Positions 10,133 through 19,535 of a DNA stretch of 64,000 nucleotides are shown here, in pieces (position 1 is the first letter of the stretch; each line of letters opens with the position of its first letter). Both the position numbers and the translations under genes were made by a program. The DNA lies in contig OZ242302.1 in NCBI GenBank assembly GCA_965208025.1, positions 3,280,727 through 3,344,726 on the forward strand, read 5' to 3'. Origin of the DNA: Rhodothermales bacterium (GTDB lineage: Bacteria > Bacteroidota > Rhodothermia > Rhodothermales > Bin80). Under the pieces are notes generated by a model, which saw only the letters and a program-made list of their open reading frames with translations, had not been told where the DNA came from and searched no databases.

Positions 10133-10463
10133 ACTGCATAACCGCTGATCTGTTGCGTTTCAATCCCCCATTCATGAATCACTGATTGGATATCCTACTC
10201 CAATTAATACTCAACTCCCAATTTGGGCATTCTAACCACAGGAACAATTATTTTCAGCCACGCAGAACCTTGGAGTACGACGACCATCAGGACAACTTCG
10301 AATGGTCACATGTTGAACAAGGAGTGATTTCTGGATCAATTGATTGCCAGAGACCATACGTCATGTGGTTGGAGGTCTCCGAAGAGTTTGGCAGAAGAAT
10401 GGGTATGCAGGGATCCCCTACTCCATGGCAACGGGAATCATTTGAAAAGTACTTGCTAATGAA

Positions 10464-11558
10464 CTATGTGATTGCTCCGCCGCAGCTACTCCCTGCCCCG
10501 GCGGTACATCCGTAACAATGTCGTGCTGTCCGAATAGCATGATCCTGCCAGATGGCAAGATCAAAGTCTTGAACATGGGGGCTCGGAATCTCCATGTGCA
10601 GATCAAGCTGCTGGTTAAAATCACAATCATATAAATACCCATCCCATCCAATCGAAAGCGTATTCCTGCACATGAGCCCTGCAATGGTGGATGGATTGAA
10701 TGCCTGTAACAGCCTGTTCAGGTAAAGCTCCACTTGACCAGTTTCCATGAGCCACTCCAGGTATCGTGAGATTGGTAGATTGTTCAAGGTCAGTAGTTGA
10801 TCAAAATGGACGTCATGGTTTCGCATCAATGCTGCCTTCCACTCACTTTCAAGCGATTCTTGATTTCCCGAAAGGAATGCGCCAACGGGGTTTGTAACAA
10901 TGACCAGTCTGCGGTCAGGATCTCCTTGTCCATATCCGACTTGATTCAGGCGCTGTAATGCCTCAATAGATTTTCGATAGGTCCCCTGTCCACGCTGGGC
11001 ATCGGTACTCATTTTTCTGTAATGAGGTAACGAACAGACAACTTCCACTCCCCGCTCAGCAAACCATTCTGGGAGGTACTGGTACCTGCGCGTTAGCAGG
11101 ATCGTAAGGTTGCAACGATCCATCACTCGGAGCCCTCTCTGAATACATTGATCTACAAGATATTCAAAGTTCGGATTGAGTTCAGGCGCTCCACCTGTGA
11201 GATCAACCACTCGGACTCCTGTTTCCTCAATGACGCGCAGACAGGCATCCACAGTTTCTCGATCCATATTTTCATGGATTCGATCGGGACCAGCATCCAC
11301 ATGACAATGTCGGCAAGTCATATTGCATAGCTTGCCAAGATTGATCTGTACAATCTCTAAATTGGACGGTTTGATTCGTGGCCATCCACTGGAGGCTAAA
11401 TCAAGTTCAAACTGGCCGCTATTCGTAGGCCCACCCGAGATATGAGCCGAACCCAGAACTTTGAGTTGTTCGATCGGGTGCGCCAACGGGACAACCCGAG
11501 AAGAGAGGGAGGTCGTAGCTCTGGGACTCAGAGGAAGCGTCTCAAGCATGATTCTCAA
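10464..11558 (-). CDS. arsS: Radical SAM / Cys-rich C-terminal domain protein, arsenosugar biosynthesis ArsS-like
   Basis: CxxxCxxC 'CNMTCRHCH'. Characteristic Cys-rich tail 'RHCYGCTAGAGSSCGGAI'. Sits in a cluster with ArsM-like and AhpD-like genes. Confidence 0.8.
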   Translation of the reverse strand: MRIMLETLPLSPRATTSLSSRVVPLAHPIEQLKVLGSAHISGGPTNSGQFELDLASSGWPRIKPSNLEIVQINLGKLCNMTCRHCHVDAGPDRIHENMDRETVDACLRVIEETGVRVVDLTGGAPELNPNFEYLVDQCIQRGLRVMDRCNLTILLTRRYQYLPEWFAERGVEVVCSLPHYRKMSTDAQRGQGTYRKSIEALQRLNQVGYGQGDPDRRLVIVTNPVGAFLSGNQESLESEWKAALMRNHDVHFDQLLTLNNLPISRYLEWLMETGQVELYLNRLLQAFNPSTIAGLMCRNTLSIGWDGYLYDCDFNQQLDLHMEIPSPHVQDFDLAIWQDHAIRTARHCYGCTAGAGSSCGGAIT

Positions 11559-11579
11559 CAGATGGGTTGCAGGAGATGA

Positions 11580-11912
11580 TCACATCGTCAAGCGCTTCAC
11601 CTGATCAAGCATCTGTACCCCATGTACCAGAGAGGCACCACCTCGAATAGCCGTGGCAACATGGATAGCCTCTGTCATCTGTTCAAGGTCCGAACCAGAT
11701 TCAAGACATGCAGTGGTATAGGCATCAATACAATAGGGACATTGAACCGTACTGGCAACTGCCAAGGCAATTAATGCTTTTTCCCGTTCGGTTAGTGCAC
11801 CCTCTGCAAATACCTGATTGTAATACCCAAAAAAGGAGTCAGCCAACTCCTGATTTCCCTCAGCAATTTCTCCAAACCGAGGTAAATGAGAACGATCATA
11901 ATAATGCTCCAT
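11580..11912 (-). CDS. AhpD/carboxymuconolactone decarboxylase-family protein (arsenosugar biosynthesis-associated peroxidase-like)
   Basis: 110-aa AhpD-core protein with the CxxC motif 'VQCPYCIDAY'. Positioned between arsM-like and arsS-like genes. Confidence 0.7.
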   Translation of the reverse strand: MEHYYDRSHLPRFGEIAEGNQELADSFFGYYNQVFAEGALTEREKALIALAVASTVQCPYCIDAYTTACLESGSDLEQMTEAIHVATAIRGGASLVHGVQMLDQVKRLTM

Positions 11913-11938
11913 GCTAATGGGAAGATTGTTAGAGATGA

Positions 11939-12670
11939 TTAGGGTTTCCTGATGGCGCTAAATGTCAGACTTGCAAAGCCATCATGTTCGTCAACAACTT
12001 GTAGAAAACGCATATCCAATAAGTCTGGTGTCTTGAACTCAGCTTCGGAGACCATTAAAAAGAAATCGCTCATGTTTGGCGCTCCGTTGATGCATCCAAC
12101 ATGTTGTTCAAGAACACTGCGAACGTCCGGAGGTAAGTCCACCAGCGTCATCACATCTGAGATAACCATCCTGCCTCCTGGACGTAGGACTCTGGCGATT
12201 TCAGAGATGGCTTTCTTTTTATCTGGTACAAGGTTCAGGGTGCAATTACTGATAACCACATCTACCGAACTATCTTCAATCGGGAGATCCTCTATATCCC
12301 CTTTCAGAAAGGTAACATTCGAAATTCCAGCCGCATTCGCATTTTCAGTTGCTTTTGCGACCATAGTTGGAGTGATATCCACACCAATCACCTTACCTGT
12401 ATCCCCCACAAGCGGCGACGCAATCAGAGCATCCAGTCCAGCCCCAGATCCAAGATCAAGGACCGTTTCGCCGAGTTGTAGTTCGGCATGGTCAACTGGG
12501 GTACCACACCCAAGGCCTAAGTCAGCGTCCGAGCAGTAGCCTGTTTGATTGCCGTATGCGTTTTTGTCAATCATACAGTACCCGGACTCTTGCATCCCGC
12601 GAGCGATTGCATCATACTTTTCACGCACATCGTCTTTTACCGTACGCTCAGATTCGTTAGGTTCAAACAT
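11939..12670 (-). CDS. arsM: SAM-dependent methyltransferase, arsenite methyltransferase (ArsM)-like
   Basis: SAM motif I 'VLDLGSGAGLD'. ArsM-like Cys contexts: 'GLGCGTP', 'SNCTLNLVPDK', 'HVGCINGAP'. Confidence 0.7.
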   Translation of the reverse strand: MFEPNESERTVKDDVREKYDAIARGMQESGYCMIDKNAYGNQTGYCSDADLGLGCGTPVDHAELQLGETVLDLGSGAGLDALIASPLVGDTGKVIGVDITPTMVAKATENANAAGISNVTFLKGDIEDLPIEDSSVDVVISNCTLNLVPDKKKAISEIARVLRPGGRMVISDVMTLVDLPPDVRSVLEQHVGCINGAPNMSDFFLMVSEAEFKTPDLLDMRFLQVVDEHDGFASLTFSAIRKP

Positions 12671-12758
12671 TGTAGTTGATTAGTTGGTGCATGCTATACC
12701 CTATTTCTGTAATGGTGTTCAGAGGGAGTTGAGTTCGGTGACGAAGTATACGAATCCA

Positions 12759-14543
12759 TCAGGAAAACTCGGCAATTTGTTCTTGTTCCTGATATTGCAA
12801 TTCATAGAGAGTTTGGTAAAGTCCGCCGGCATCCACCAACTCCTCATGAGTTCCTTGTTCTCGGAGGAGACCTTTATGAAGAACGAGAATGGTATCCGCG
12901 TGACGAACCGTTGACAACCGGTGAGCAACCACTAATGAGGTTCTCCCTCGGAGTACTCGTTCCAGAGCTCGCTGGATGATCTGTTCGGTTTCCGTATCAA
13001 TACTTGAGGTTGCCTCATCAAGTACTAAAATATCGGGATCATGGGCTAGAACCCGAACAAACGAAAGAAGCTGTCTCTGGCCCTGAGAAAGTGATACTCC
13101 TCGCTCACGTACATCATGATCGTACTGATCAGGCAGTTGCTCAATGAATTGATCCGCACCGATAGTCGTTGCCGCCTCTTTTACCTGTTCAAGCGATATA
13201 TCGGAATTTCCCAAGGATACATTACGATACACAGATCCAGAGAAGAGAAAAACATCCTGCAGTACAAGTCCGATTCGCCAGCGGAGATACTTGATCCGAA
13301 ACGTGCGAATATCTCTTCCATCTATGAAAATTTGCCCTTTCTGAATGTCATAAAACCGCATTAACAGGCTAATGAGTGTTGTTTTTCCACTGCCTGTGGC
13401 GCCAACGATCGCGGCATTTTCTCCTCGCTTAATTGTAAATGAGACGCCTTGGAGTACCCAATCAGGGGAACCATCTTCAAGATTTTTATAGGCAAACCAG
13501 ACATTATCAAAAACAATATCTCCCTCGAGTCGCATTGGCGGATGGACCGCATCCGTTTCGGGCAGGGATTGGTCATGATCCAGCACATCAAAGATGCGCT
13601 CTGCACCAGCCATTGCACTCTGGAGCATGTTAAATTGCTCTGAAAGGTTTCGAATGGGCTCAAAAAATTGCCGACAGTATTGGATAAACGCAACCAGAAC
13701 CCCAATCGTGATCGCTCCACCAAGTGCACTCACTCCTCCTGTCCACAATATAAACCCAATTGCTGCGGATGCGATGATGTCCACGGCAGGCCAAAAAAGT
13801 GAGTGGTAAAAGACTGTTTTTAGCTGTGCAATCTGATGGTCGTCATTGATTTTTTCAAAACGCTTCATCTCCACTTTCTCCCGCCCGAAGAGTTGTACAA
13901 TCAGCATTCCTGACACATGCTCCTGCATGAAAGAATTCAAGCGTGCCACTTGTTTGCGTGTTTCGCGGTATTGCCCGCGAACATTTCGCTTGAACCACAT
14001 GGTGACCAGAAGCATGAATGGCATCACACATAATGTGACCAACGCCAAGACCCAGTTCAAGCTGAACATGAATGCAGCGATAAATACAAGCTTAAACATA
14101 TCCCCCATGATGACGACGATTCCTGCCGATAGTACTTCGGAAAGCGCCTCCACATCGGAGGTTGTTCTGGTAATCAGTCTCCCGATCGGAGTTCGGTCAA
14201 AGAAAGAAAGAGACTGCCTCTGTACATGCCTGAAGACTCGTACTCGCACATCATAGATCGCTTGCTGCCCAATCCATTGCGTGAAATATGTATTGATATA
14301 CCCCAATGCACCCTCAACCACAATGACTCCAAACAGGGCACAAATCAAAAGAAATAAACCATCCAGTTCTCCAGGAACGATATGACGGTCAATCGCCAAA
14401 CGGATTAACCATGGACGGAGGGGGCCCAGAAATGAAAACAACAATACCAGACCAAAGGCGATGAGTACCCAATGCTTGTAGGGCATGAGGTAGCCGATGA
14501 TTCGCTTTAATAGTCTCCGATCAAGCCCTTTCCCTGTACTCAT
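12759..14543 (-). CDS. ABC exporter, fused permease/ATPase (MsbA/MdlB-type half transporter)
   Basis: Six-TM N-domain. Walker A 'GATGSGKTT', signature 'LSQGQRQLL', Walker B 'ILVLDEATS'. Confidence 0.9.
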   Translation of the reverse strand: MSTGKGLDRRLLKRIIGYLMPYKHWVLIAFGLVLLFSFLGPLRPWLIRLAIDRHIVPGELDGLFLLICALFGVIVVEGALGYINTYFTQWIGQQAIYDVRVRVFRHVQRQSLSFFDRTPIGRLITRTTSDVEALSEVLSAGIVVIMGDMFKLVFIAAFMFSLNWVLALVTLCVMPFMLLVTMWFKRNVRGQYRETRKQVARLNSFMQEHVSGMLIVQLFGREKVEMKRFEKINDDHQIAQLKTVFYHSLFWPAVDIIASAAIGFILWTGGVSALGGAITIGVLVAFIQYCRQFFEPIRNLSEQFNMLQSAMAGAERIFDVLDHDQSLPETDAVHPPMRLEGDIVFDNVWFAYKNLEDGSPDWVLQGVSFTIKRGENAAIVGATGSGKTTLISLLMRFYDIQKGQIFIDGRDIRTFRIKYLRWRIGLVLQDVFLFSGSVYRNVSLGNSDISLEQVKEAATTIGADQFIEQLPDQYDHDVRERGVSLSQGQRQLLSFVRVLAHDPDILVLDEATSSIDTETEQIIQRALERVLRGRTSLVVAHRLSTVRHADTILVLHKGLLREQGTHEELVDAGGLYQTLYELQYQEQEQIAEFS

Positions 14544-15481
14544 TCTGGAAAAGTATTCTGGTTCTCTGGAGCTCCTGAACCAAGGGAATACTCATGAAAT
14601 TCCTTGGCTATTTCTGCGTGAGGGAACACTGTTCTGGCTTCTTCCTGAAGACGAATCACATCCGAGTACATAGAACTGAAGTGCGTCAGTAGCAATCGGT
14701 TTGATTGGGCATCTTTTGCCACCATTGCAGCACCTTGTGCGGTGCTATGTCCTGTGATTGATGCACGATCATGATCATTTTGGCTAAACGTAGCCTCATG
14801 GATCATCAAGTCAGAGTCCTTTGCCAACTCTATCCCTGCCTCACACGGACGCGTATCACCAACATACGCAAAGATGATCCTGTGTGTGGCCTTGACGGCA
14901 TCTGGTGTGATGAGTCCCTTTGGTGTTCGGATCGTCTGTCCAGTGGCCAGTTTTTTGAACTCGTCTTGGGTTGTAACGCCAAGAGACCTCGCCAGTGTTC
15001 TATCAATTTGGAGTGTCTCACTGCGTTGAATCACACGAAAACCAAAACACAATCTTCCATGATCCAGAGGGAGAGCATGTACGGTAACTCCGTGTTCGTG
15101 GTAGATGGGTCCTGATTTGCCATTTTCATCAAGTCCCACATGTTGGATGTGAAATTCCAGTTCATCTGAACCTAGCCCGGGAATCGCCATGAGGATTTGA
15201 CGGAACTCCTTGGGGGCTACAATGGTGAGCGGCGAGGTACGTCTCCGAAGAGACATCGTAATCAGGAGTCCAAAAAGACCGAGATAATGATCTCCATGCA
15301 AGTGAGAAAGAAAAATTGCTCGAATCCGACTGAAACGGATCCCCGCCCTTAGGAGCCGAAACTGTGTCCCGTCTCCGCAATCAAAAAGAAAAATATTGCG
15401 TCCACTGCGTAGCACATAGGACGATAACCCCCGATCTCGCACAATGGATGCCGAGGAGGTCCCCAATGGAATTAGTTCCAT
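14540..15481 (-). CDS. rnz: Ribonuclease Z (metallo-beta-lactamase fold, tRNA 3' processing)
   Basis: 'LFDCGDGTQ', 'FLSHLHGDHYLGLFGLL' (HxHxDH), C-terminal 'LLLTHFS'. 4-nt overlap with the downstream ABC gene. Confidence 0.85.
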   Translation of the reverse strand: MELIPLGTSSASIVRDRGLSSYVLRSGRNIFLFDCGDGTQFRLLRAGIRFSRIRAIFLSHLHGDHYLGLFGLLITMSLRRRTSPLTIVAPKEFRQILMAIPGLGSDELEFHIQHVGLDENGKSGPIYHEHGVTVHALPLDHGRLCFGFRVIQRSETLQIDRTLARSLGVTTQDEFKKLATGQTIRTPKGLITPDAVKATHRIIFAYVGDTRPCEAGIELAKDSDLMIHEATFSQNDHDRASITGHSTAQGAAMVAKDAQSNRLLLTHFSSMYSDVIRLQEEARTVFPHAEIAKEFHEYSLGSGAPENQNTFPE

Positions 15482-15484
15482 CGT

Positions 15485-17287
15485 TCACTGAAGGGCTTCA
15501 AGTTTTTCTTCAAGTAATTGTTGCTGATACATTCGAGAGTATAATCCCCCGTGATCCATGAGCGATTCATGTGTACCATGCTCTACAATGCGCCCACTAT
15601 CCAATACAATAATCTGATCCACTCCCTTGATGCTGGAAATCCTGTGGCTAACGAGAATCATCGTATGATGTCCTTTTCTTTTATGCAAATGTTCAAGGAT
15701 ACGGCTTTCTGTTTTCGTGTCCACACTGCTGAGCGCATCATCCATGATGAAGATCCGAGGCTCCCGTATCAGTGCACGAGCAATAGTGGTGCGTTGGGCC
15801 TGCCCACCAGAAAGTGTAACTCCACGTTCGCCAACTGTACTATTGAGTCCATCTGGAAATTCCATCACGGTTTCCAGAAGTTCGGCTTCAAACGCAGATT
15901 GGAGGATATCATCCTCAGATGCCCCAACCGTTCCGAAGGAAATATTATTTCCGATTGAATCACTGAATAGAAACACATCCTGAGGCACATAGCCAATCCC
16001 CCTCCGCAGTATGGCAAGAGGAAACGTTTGTAGATCGTGACCATCAATGTGAATTCTCCCCGCAGTTGGTTCAGCTAAACGGACAATCAAATCAATCAGG
16101 GTGGATTTTCCTGATCCTGTTCTTCCAACGATGGCGAAGCTCTGGCCAGAGGGGACGGAAAAGGATATATCCTGAAGAGCATAAGGCAGGTTGTCTGCAT
16201 ACCGGAATGAGACCTTCTCAAAGGTCAACCGCCCGTCTATCTCTTGAATCAGATGGTTGGTGCGTGAACCATCAGAAATATCTGGATCCTGTTCCAGAAC
16301 TTCGTAGATCCGTTCGGCAGATGCACTGGCTCTTTGCATCATCGAAATCACAAGTCCAAATGCAGCAACAGGCCATGTCATCAGTGCGACATACATTACA
16401 TACTCTACAATATTTCCGACCGTAATGATTCCTTCGGAGACAAGCCGACCACCGATCCAGACCACCATAATTTCTGATAATCCCACGACAATCAAAAATA
16501 CTGGTCTCCATGCCGCCTCTACACGCGCGAGTCCCAGCATCTTCAACTTATAGGTAAAACTTTCTTTTTCAAACGCGTCGGTCTCCGTCTCCTCTGTGGC
16601 ATATGCCTTCACCAATCGAATCCCTACAAGCGTTTCCTGAACCCGACTCGTAAGCTGTGCATATTGGCGCTGAAGTGCATCACTTTGTTTATGAACCAGC
16701 TGTGCTACAATAAAAATCGCTACGCCCAGGATGGATAGCGGCATGAGCGCATACAGCGTGAGGGTCGGTGAGATGATGAGCATGGCGGTGATCGCAGTGA
16801 TCACGATCACGAGCGCTCGCGTAGAATACATAATTGCGGGCCCAATATAACGACGAACCTGCTCTATATCGCTGGTCGCGCGTGTGATCACATCCCCCGT
16901 CTTGGTTTGATGATAGAAACTGGCGGAGAGTTTTTGGAGATGATCATACAGGGTATTGCGCAGATCAAATTCAATATGTCGAGAAGCTACGATCACGGTC
17001 TGGCGCATCAAAAACGAAAAAAACCCATTCGCCAGGCTCAGACCAATGATGATCAGCGCAAAGGTGAGCAACGTCCAAAAAAAATCCCAATACAACGAAT
17101 GTTGGAGCGTCGTTGCATCAAATTGACGGTACAGTCTTTCAAACCGCGGAATGCTGTCAATTGCTTGCCGAACGACGACTGGGACGGCAATTGCAAAAAC
17201 TGCAGAGATCATCGTAAATAAGAGCCCCGGTACGAAGAGCCGCCAGTAGCGTATAAAGTAGTGGTTTAACCGGGAGAGTGATCGCAT
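15485..17287 (-). CDS. ABC exporter, fused permease/ATPase (probable heterodimer partner of 12759-14543)
   Basis: Walker A 'GRTGSGKST', signature 'LSGGQAQRT', Walker B 'IFIMDDALS', N-terminal six-TM domain. Confidence 0.9.
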   Translation of the reverse strand: MRSLSRLNHYFIRYWRLFVPGLLFTMISAVFAIAVPVVVRQAIDSIPRFERLYRQFDATTLQHSLYWDFFWTLLTFALIIIGLSLANGFFSFLMRQTVIVASRHIEFDLRNTLYDHLQKLSASFYHQTKTGDVITRATSDIEQVRRYIGPAIMYSTRALVIVITAITAMLIISPTLTLYALMPLSILGVAIFIVAQLVHKQSDALQRQYAQLTSRVQETLVGIRLVKAYATEETETDAFEKESFTYKLKMLGLARVEAAWRPVFLIVVGLSEIMVVWIGGRLVSEGIITVGNIVEYVMYVALMTWPVAAFGLVISMMQRASASAERIYEVLEQDPDISDGSRTNHLIQEIDGRLTFEKVSFRYADNLPYALQDISFSVPSGQSFAIVGRTGSGKSTLIDLIVRLAEPTAGRIHIDGHDLQTFPLAILRRGIGYVPQDVFLFSDSIGNNISFGTVGASEDDILQSAFEAELLETVMEFPDGLNSTVGERGVTLSGGQAQRTTIARALIREPRIFIMDDALSSVDTKTESRILEHLHKRKGHHTMILVSHRISSIKGVDQIIVLDSGRIVEHGTHESLMDHGGLYSRMYQQQLLEEKLEALQ

Positions 17288-17381
17288 TCGGGATGAATCT
17301 GGATTACTGCAAACGAACGCGGGTACATTCGGATCCGAAATGCTACAAAATATTCCGGGAACTCACCCTATCTGATCGATC

Positions 17382-18275
17382 ATGAATAACCGAATTCGAG
17401 ATATTTGTCTGATCGGGGTTCCGTTGGATTTGGGACAGGATCTGCGAGGGGTAGATGTTGGTCCCAGTGCACTCCGATATGCTGGACTTGCTGATCGTCT
17501 GGAACAAATTGGGCATAAAGTCACGGATTACGGGAATATTCCAACCGCACTCCCCAGCACACTTGCGAAAAGTGAGGATTACGTAGAATCCATTCAACAC
17601 ACCTGTAACATCCTCTATCATGAGGTACAACAGGCACTTGCCCGAGGAGAATTCCCATTGGTCATGGGAGGTGATCATTCCATTGCCATCGGAAGTATAG
17701 GTGGCGCTACTCATGATGCGCCCAAAGGGGTGATCTGGATTGATGCTCATGCAGATTTTAATACCCCTTCATCCTCTCCTAGCGGAAACATCCATGGAAT
17801 GCCTTTGGCCGTCCTCTCTGGATCTGGATACGATCAGTTAACCAGCGTAGGGCGTTCGGGACCAAAACTTGAATCAAGGGATATTGCAATGATTGCACTG
17901 CGTGATTTGGATCTGGAAGAACGACGTGTCTTGCATGAATCTAATCTGGGAATCTATACCATGCGAGATATTGATGAACGCGGAATTGCAGATGTAACCA
18001 AATCGGTACTTCGTCAACTCAGTCATCATGAAAGCCTTCACGTCAGTTTTGATGTGGACAGCCTGGACCCTCATTTTGCCCCTGGAGTTGGAACCCCTGT
18101 TGAAGGTGGACTCAATCCGAGAGAAGCTCACCTCTTGATGGAATTGATTGCCGAGGATGGCCGGCTTTCATCGGCGGAAATCGTTGAGATTAACCCGATC
18201 ATTGATGAAGGTAACCGCACCGCGGAGCTGGCTGCTGGACTGTTGGCGTCCCTACTTGGAAAAACGATCATTTAG
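17382..18275 (+). CDS. rocF: Arginase (ureohydrolase family)
   Basis: Mn-binding motifs 'GGDHSIAIGS', 'IWIDAHADFNTP', 'VSFDVDSLDP'. Confidence 0.9.
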   Translation: MNNRIRDICLIGVPLDLGQDLRGVDVGPSALRYAGLADRLEQIGHKVTDYGNIPTALPSTLAKSEDYVESIQHTCNILYHEVQQALARGEFPLVMGGDHSIAIGSIGGATHDAPKGVIWIDAHADFNTPSSSPSGNIHGMPLAVLSGSGYDQLTSVGRSGPKLESRDIAMIALRDLDLEERRVLHESNLGIYTMRDIDERGIADVTKSVLRQLSHHESLHVSFDVDSLDPHFAPGVGTPVEGGLNPREAHLLMELIAEDGRLSSAEIVEINPIIDEGNRTAELAAGLLASLLGKTII

Positions 18276-18916
18276 ATGATCACATGCACACTGTCCGAAA
18301 CCGTCTCATTAATAAATTCCTCTCGCTCACCAATTCGTACCGTCATCCCATGGTTCTCCCTCTTGATGACATGAACCATACGGCCAGGCATGAGACCAAT
18401 CTGTTCCAGAAAATCCAGGATAGCTGGATCTGAATCGGATAAGTGGTGAATATTCAGGGGGTGATTGGAAGGTGCGTTGGAAAGCGTGCTTGTTTCCGCT
18501 CGCACCATCTTCAAGTCTTGGGTTGGAATTGGATGCCCATGAGGATCATGGGTAGGATATCCCAGGAGAGCATCAATGCGCTGCTCAAAATCCTCAGAAA
18601 TGTGATGCTCAAGGTGTTCGGCCTCATCGTGCATTTTTTCCCATGAGTATCCCATGATTTCCCGGAGATAGGTTTCCAGTAGTCGGTGGTGGCGAATAAT
18701 TTCCAGAGCAATCTTCTTGCCTGCGGCGGTGAGCCTGACTCCCTTATAGGATTCATGAATGACCAATTGCATCCGATCTAGCCGTTTGATCATTCCAGTT
18801 ACGGATGCGGCGGACACATCCATGGCCCGAGCGATATCCGTAGTTGTCACCACAGGATTCTCTTCCTGTATGGTGAAAATTACTTTTAGATAATCCTGGA
18901 TTGCCTGACTCAGCAT
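18272..18916 (-). CDS. DtxR/MntR-family metal-dependent transcriptional regulator with a C-terminal SH3-like (FeoA) domain
   Basis: 'QDYLKVIF..', wHTH 'TTTDIARAMDVSAASVTGMIKRL', dimerisation/metal-site region 'RHHRLLETYL...HDEAEHLEH'. Confidence 0.85.
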   Translation of the reverse strand: MLSQAIQDYLKVIFTIQEENPVVTTTDIARAMDVSAASVTGMIKRLDRMQLVIHESYKGVRLTAAGKKIALEIIRHHRLLETYLREIMGYSWEKMHDEAEHLEHHISEDFEQRIDALLGYPTHDPHGHPIPTQDLKMVRAETSTLSNAPSNHPLNIHHLSDSDPAILDFLEQIGLMPGRMVHVIKRENHGMTVRIGEREEFINETVSDSVHVII

Positions 18917-19229
18917 ACGATTGGAAACCTTAACGGGCCATTTTGATCGTCAAATCAGACGATGGTCCCTCCCAAATTCAACGTTAGTTGGATGTCAAAA
19001 AGGTTGAATAATTTTTGATAGATGAATTTAAGTCTATATTCGGATCTGTCAAAGTAGCGTGAATATTCTCGGATAGGTACTGTACAAGATCTCATAAAAA
19101 GACAGCTCTCAGAAATTGGGTTGTTTTGAGCCTCCATTGGTAGGTATGTGGCGTGCGCCTGTTACTCCAGATCTCGTAACCGTCGTAGTAAACGGTTTAG
19201 AGTTCTTTTTGATGAATCGGAGTAATTTG

Positions 19230-19532
19230 TTAGCGTGGTGGACGACCAATTTTCCCCTTCTCTTGATGAGTAGAATTTTTATTTCGGATTACAAATATAC
19301 CCAAAGAGTATTTCATCACAATCTTCGTTTGCACTTGGTTCCGGGCGATTCGGTAATCTGAGGTAAATGCGTAACACCCCATTTCTGACACTTTTTTCAT
19401 CCATGTTTCATCTGGTGCGCCCTGAGTGAGTATCTCTCTATGCCTGACTACCATCAATCCAGAACCTTCAAGAGCGTGAACAAATTGATCACGATCCACA
19501 AGGTTCGTGGTAGAACCAATAAATAGCTTCAT
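19230..19532 (-). CDS. Small PIN-like / DUF5615-type protein (putative orphan toxin-like), hypothetical
   Basis: 100-aa ORF starting 4 nt after the dctP stop. The pattern 'MKLFI...PDETWMKKVSEMGCYAFTSDYRI..N' resembles PIN-like DUF5615/VapC45-type proteins. No partner antitoxin ORF was seen. Confidence 0.3.
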   Translation of the reverse strand: MKLFIGSTTNLVDRDQFVHALEGSGLMVVRHREILTQGAPDETWMKKVSEMGCYAFTSDYRIARNQVQTKIVMKYSLGIFVIRNKNSTHQEKGKIGRPPR

Positions 19533-19535
19533 CAG

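Noticed and set aside
10186-10515. A 109-aa plus-strand ORF in the arsS/metal-importer intergenic region.
   Set aside because: It has a TTG start, overlaps the arsS 3' end, has an unusual composition and matches no family. The region is treated as non-coding (see the low-interest finding).
11952-12539. A 195-aa ORF on the plus strand.
   Set aside because: It is fully antisense to the well-supported arsM-like gene. Its Ser/Arg/Thr-rich composition is typical of a shadow ORF.
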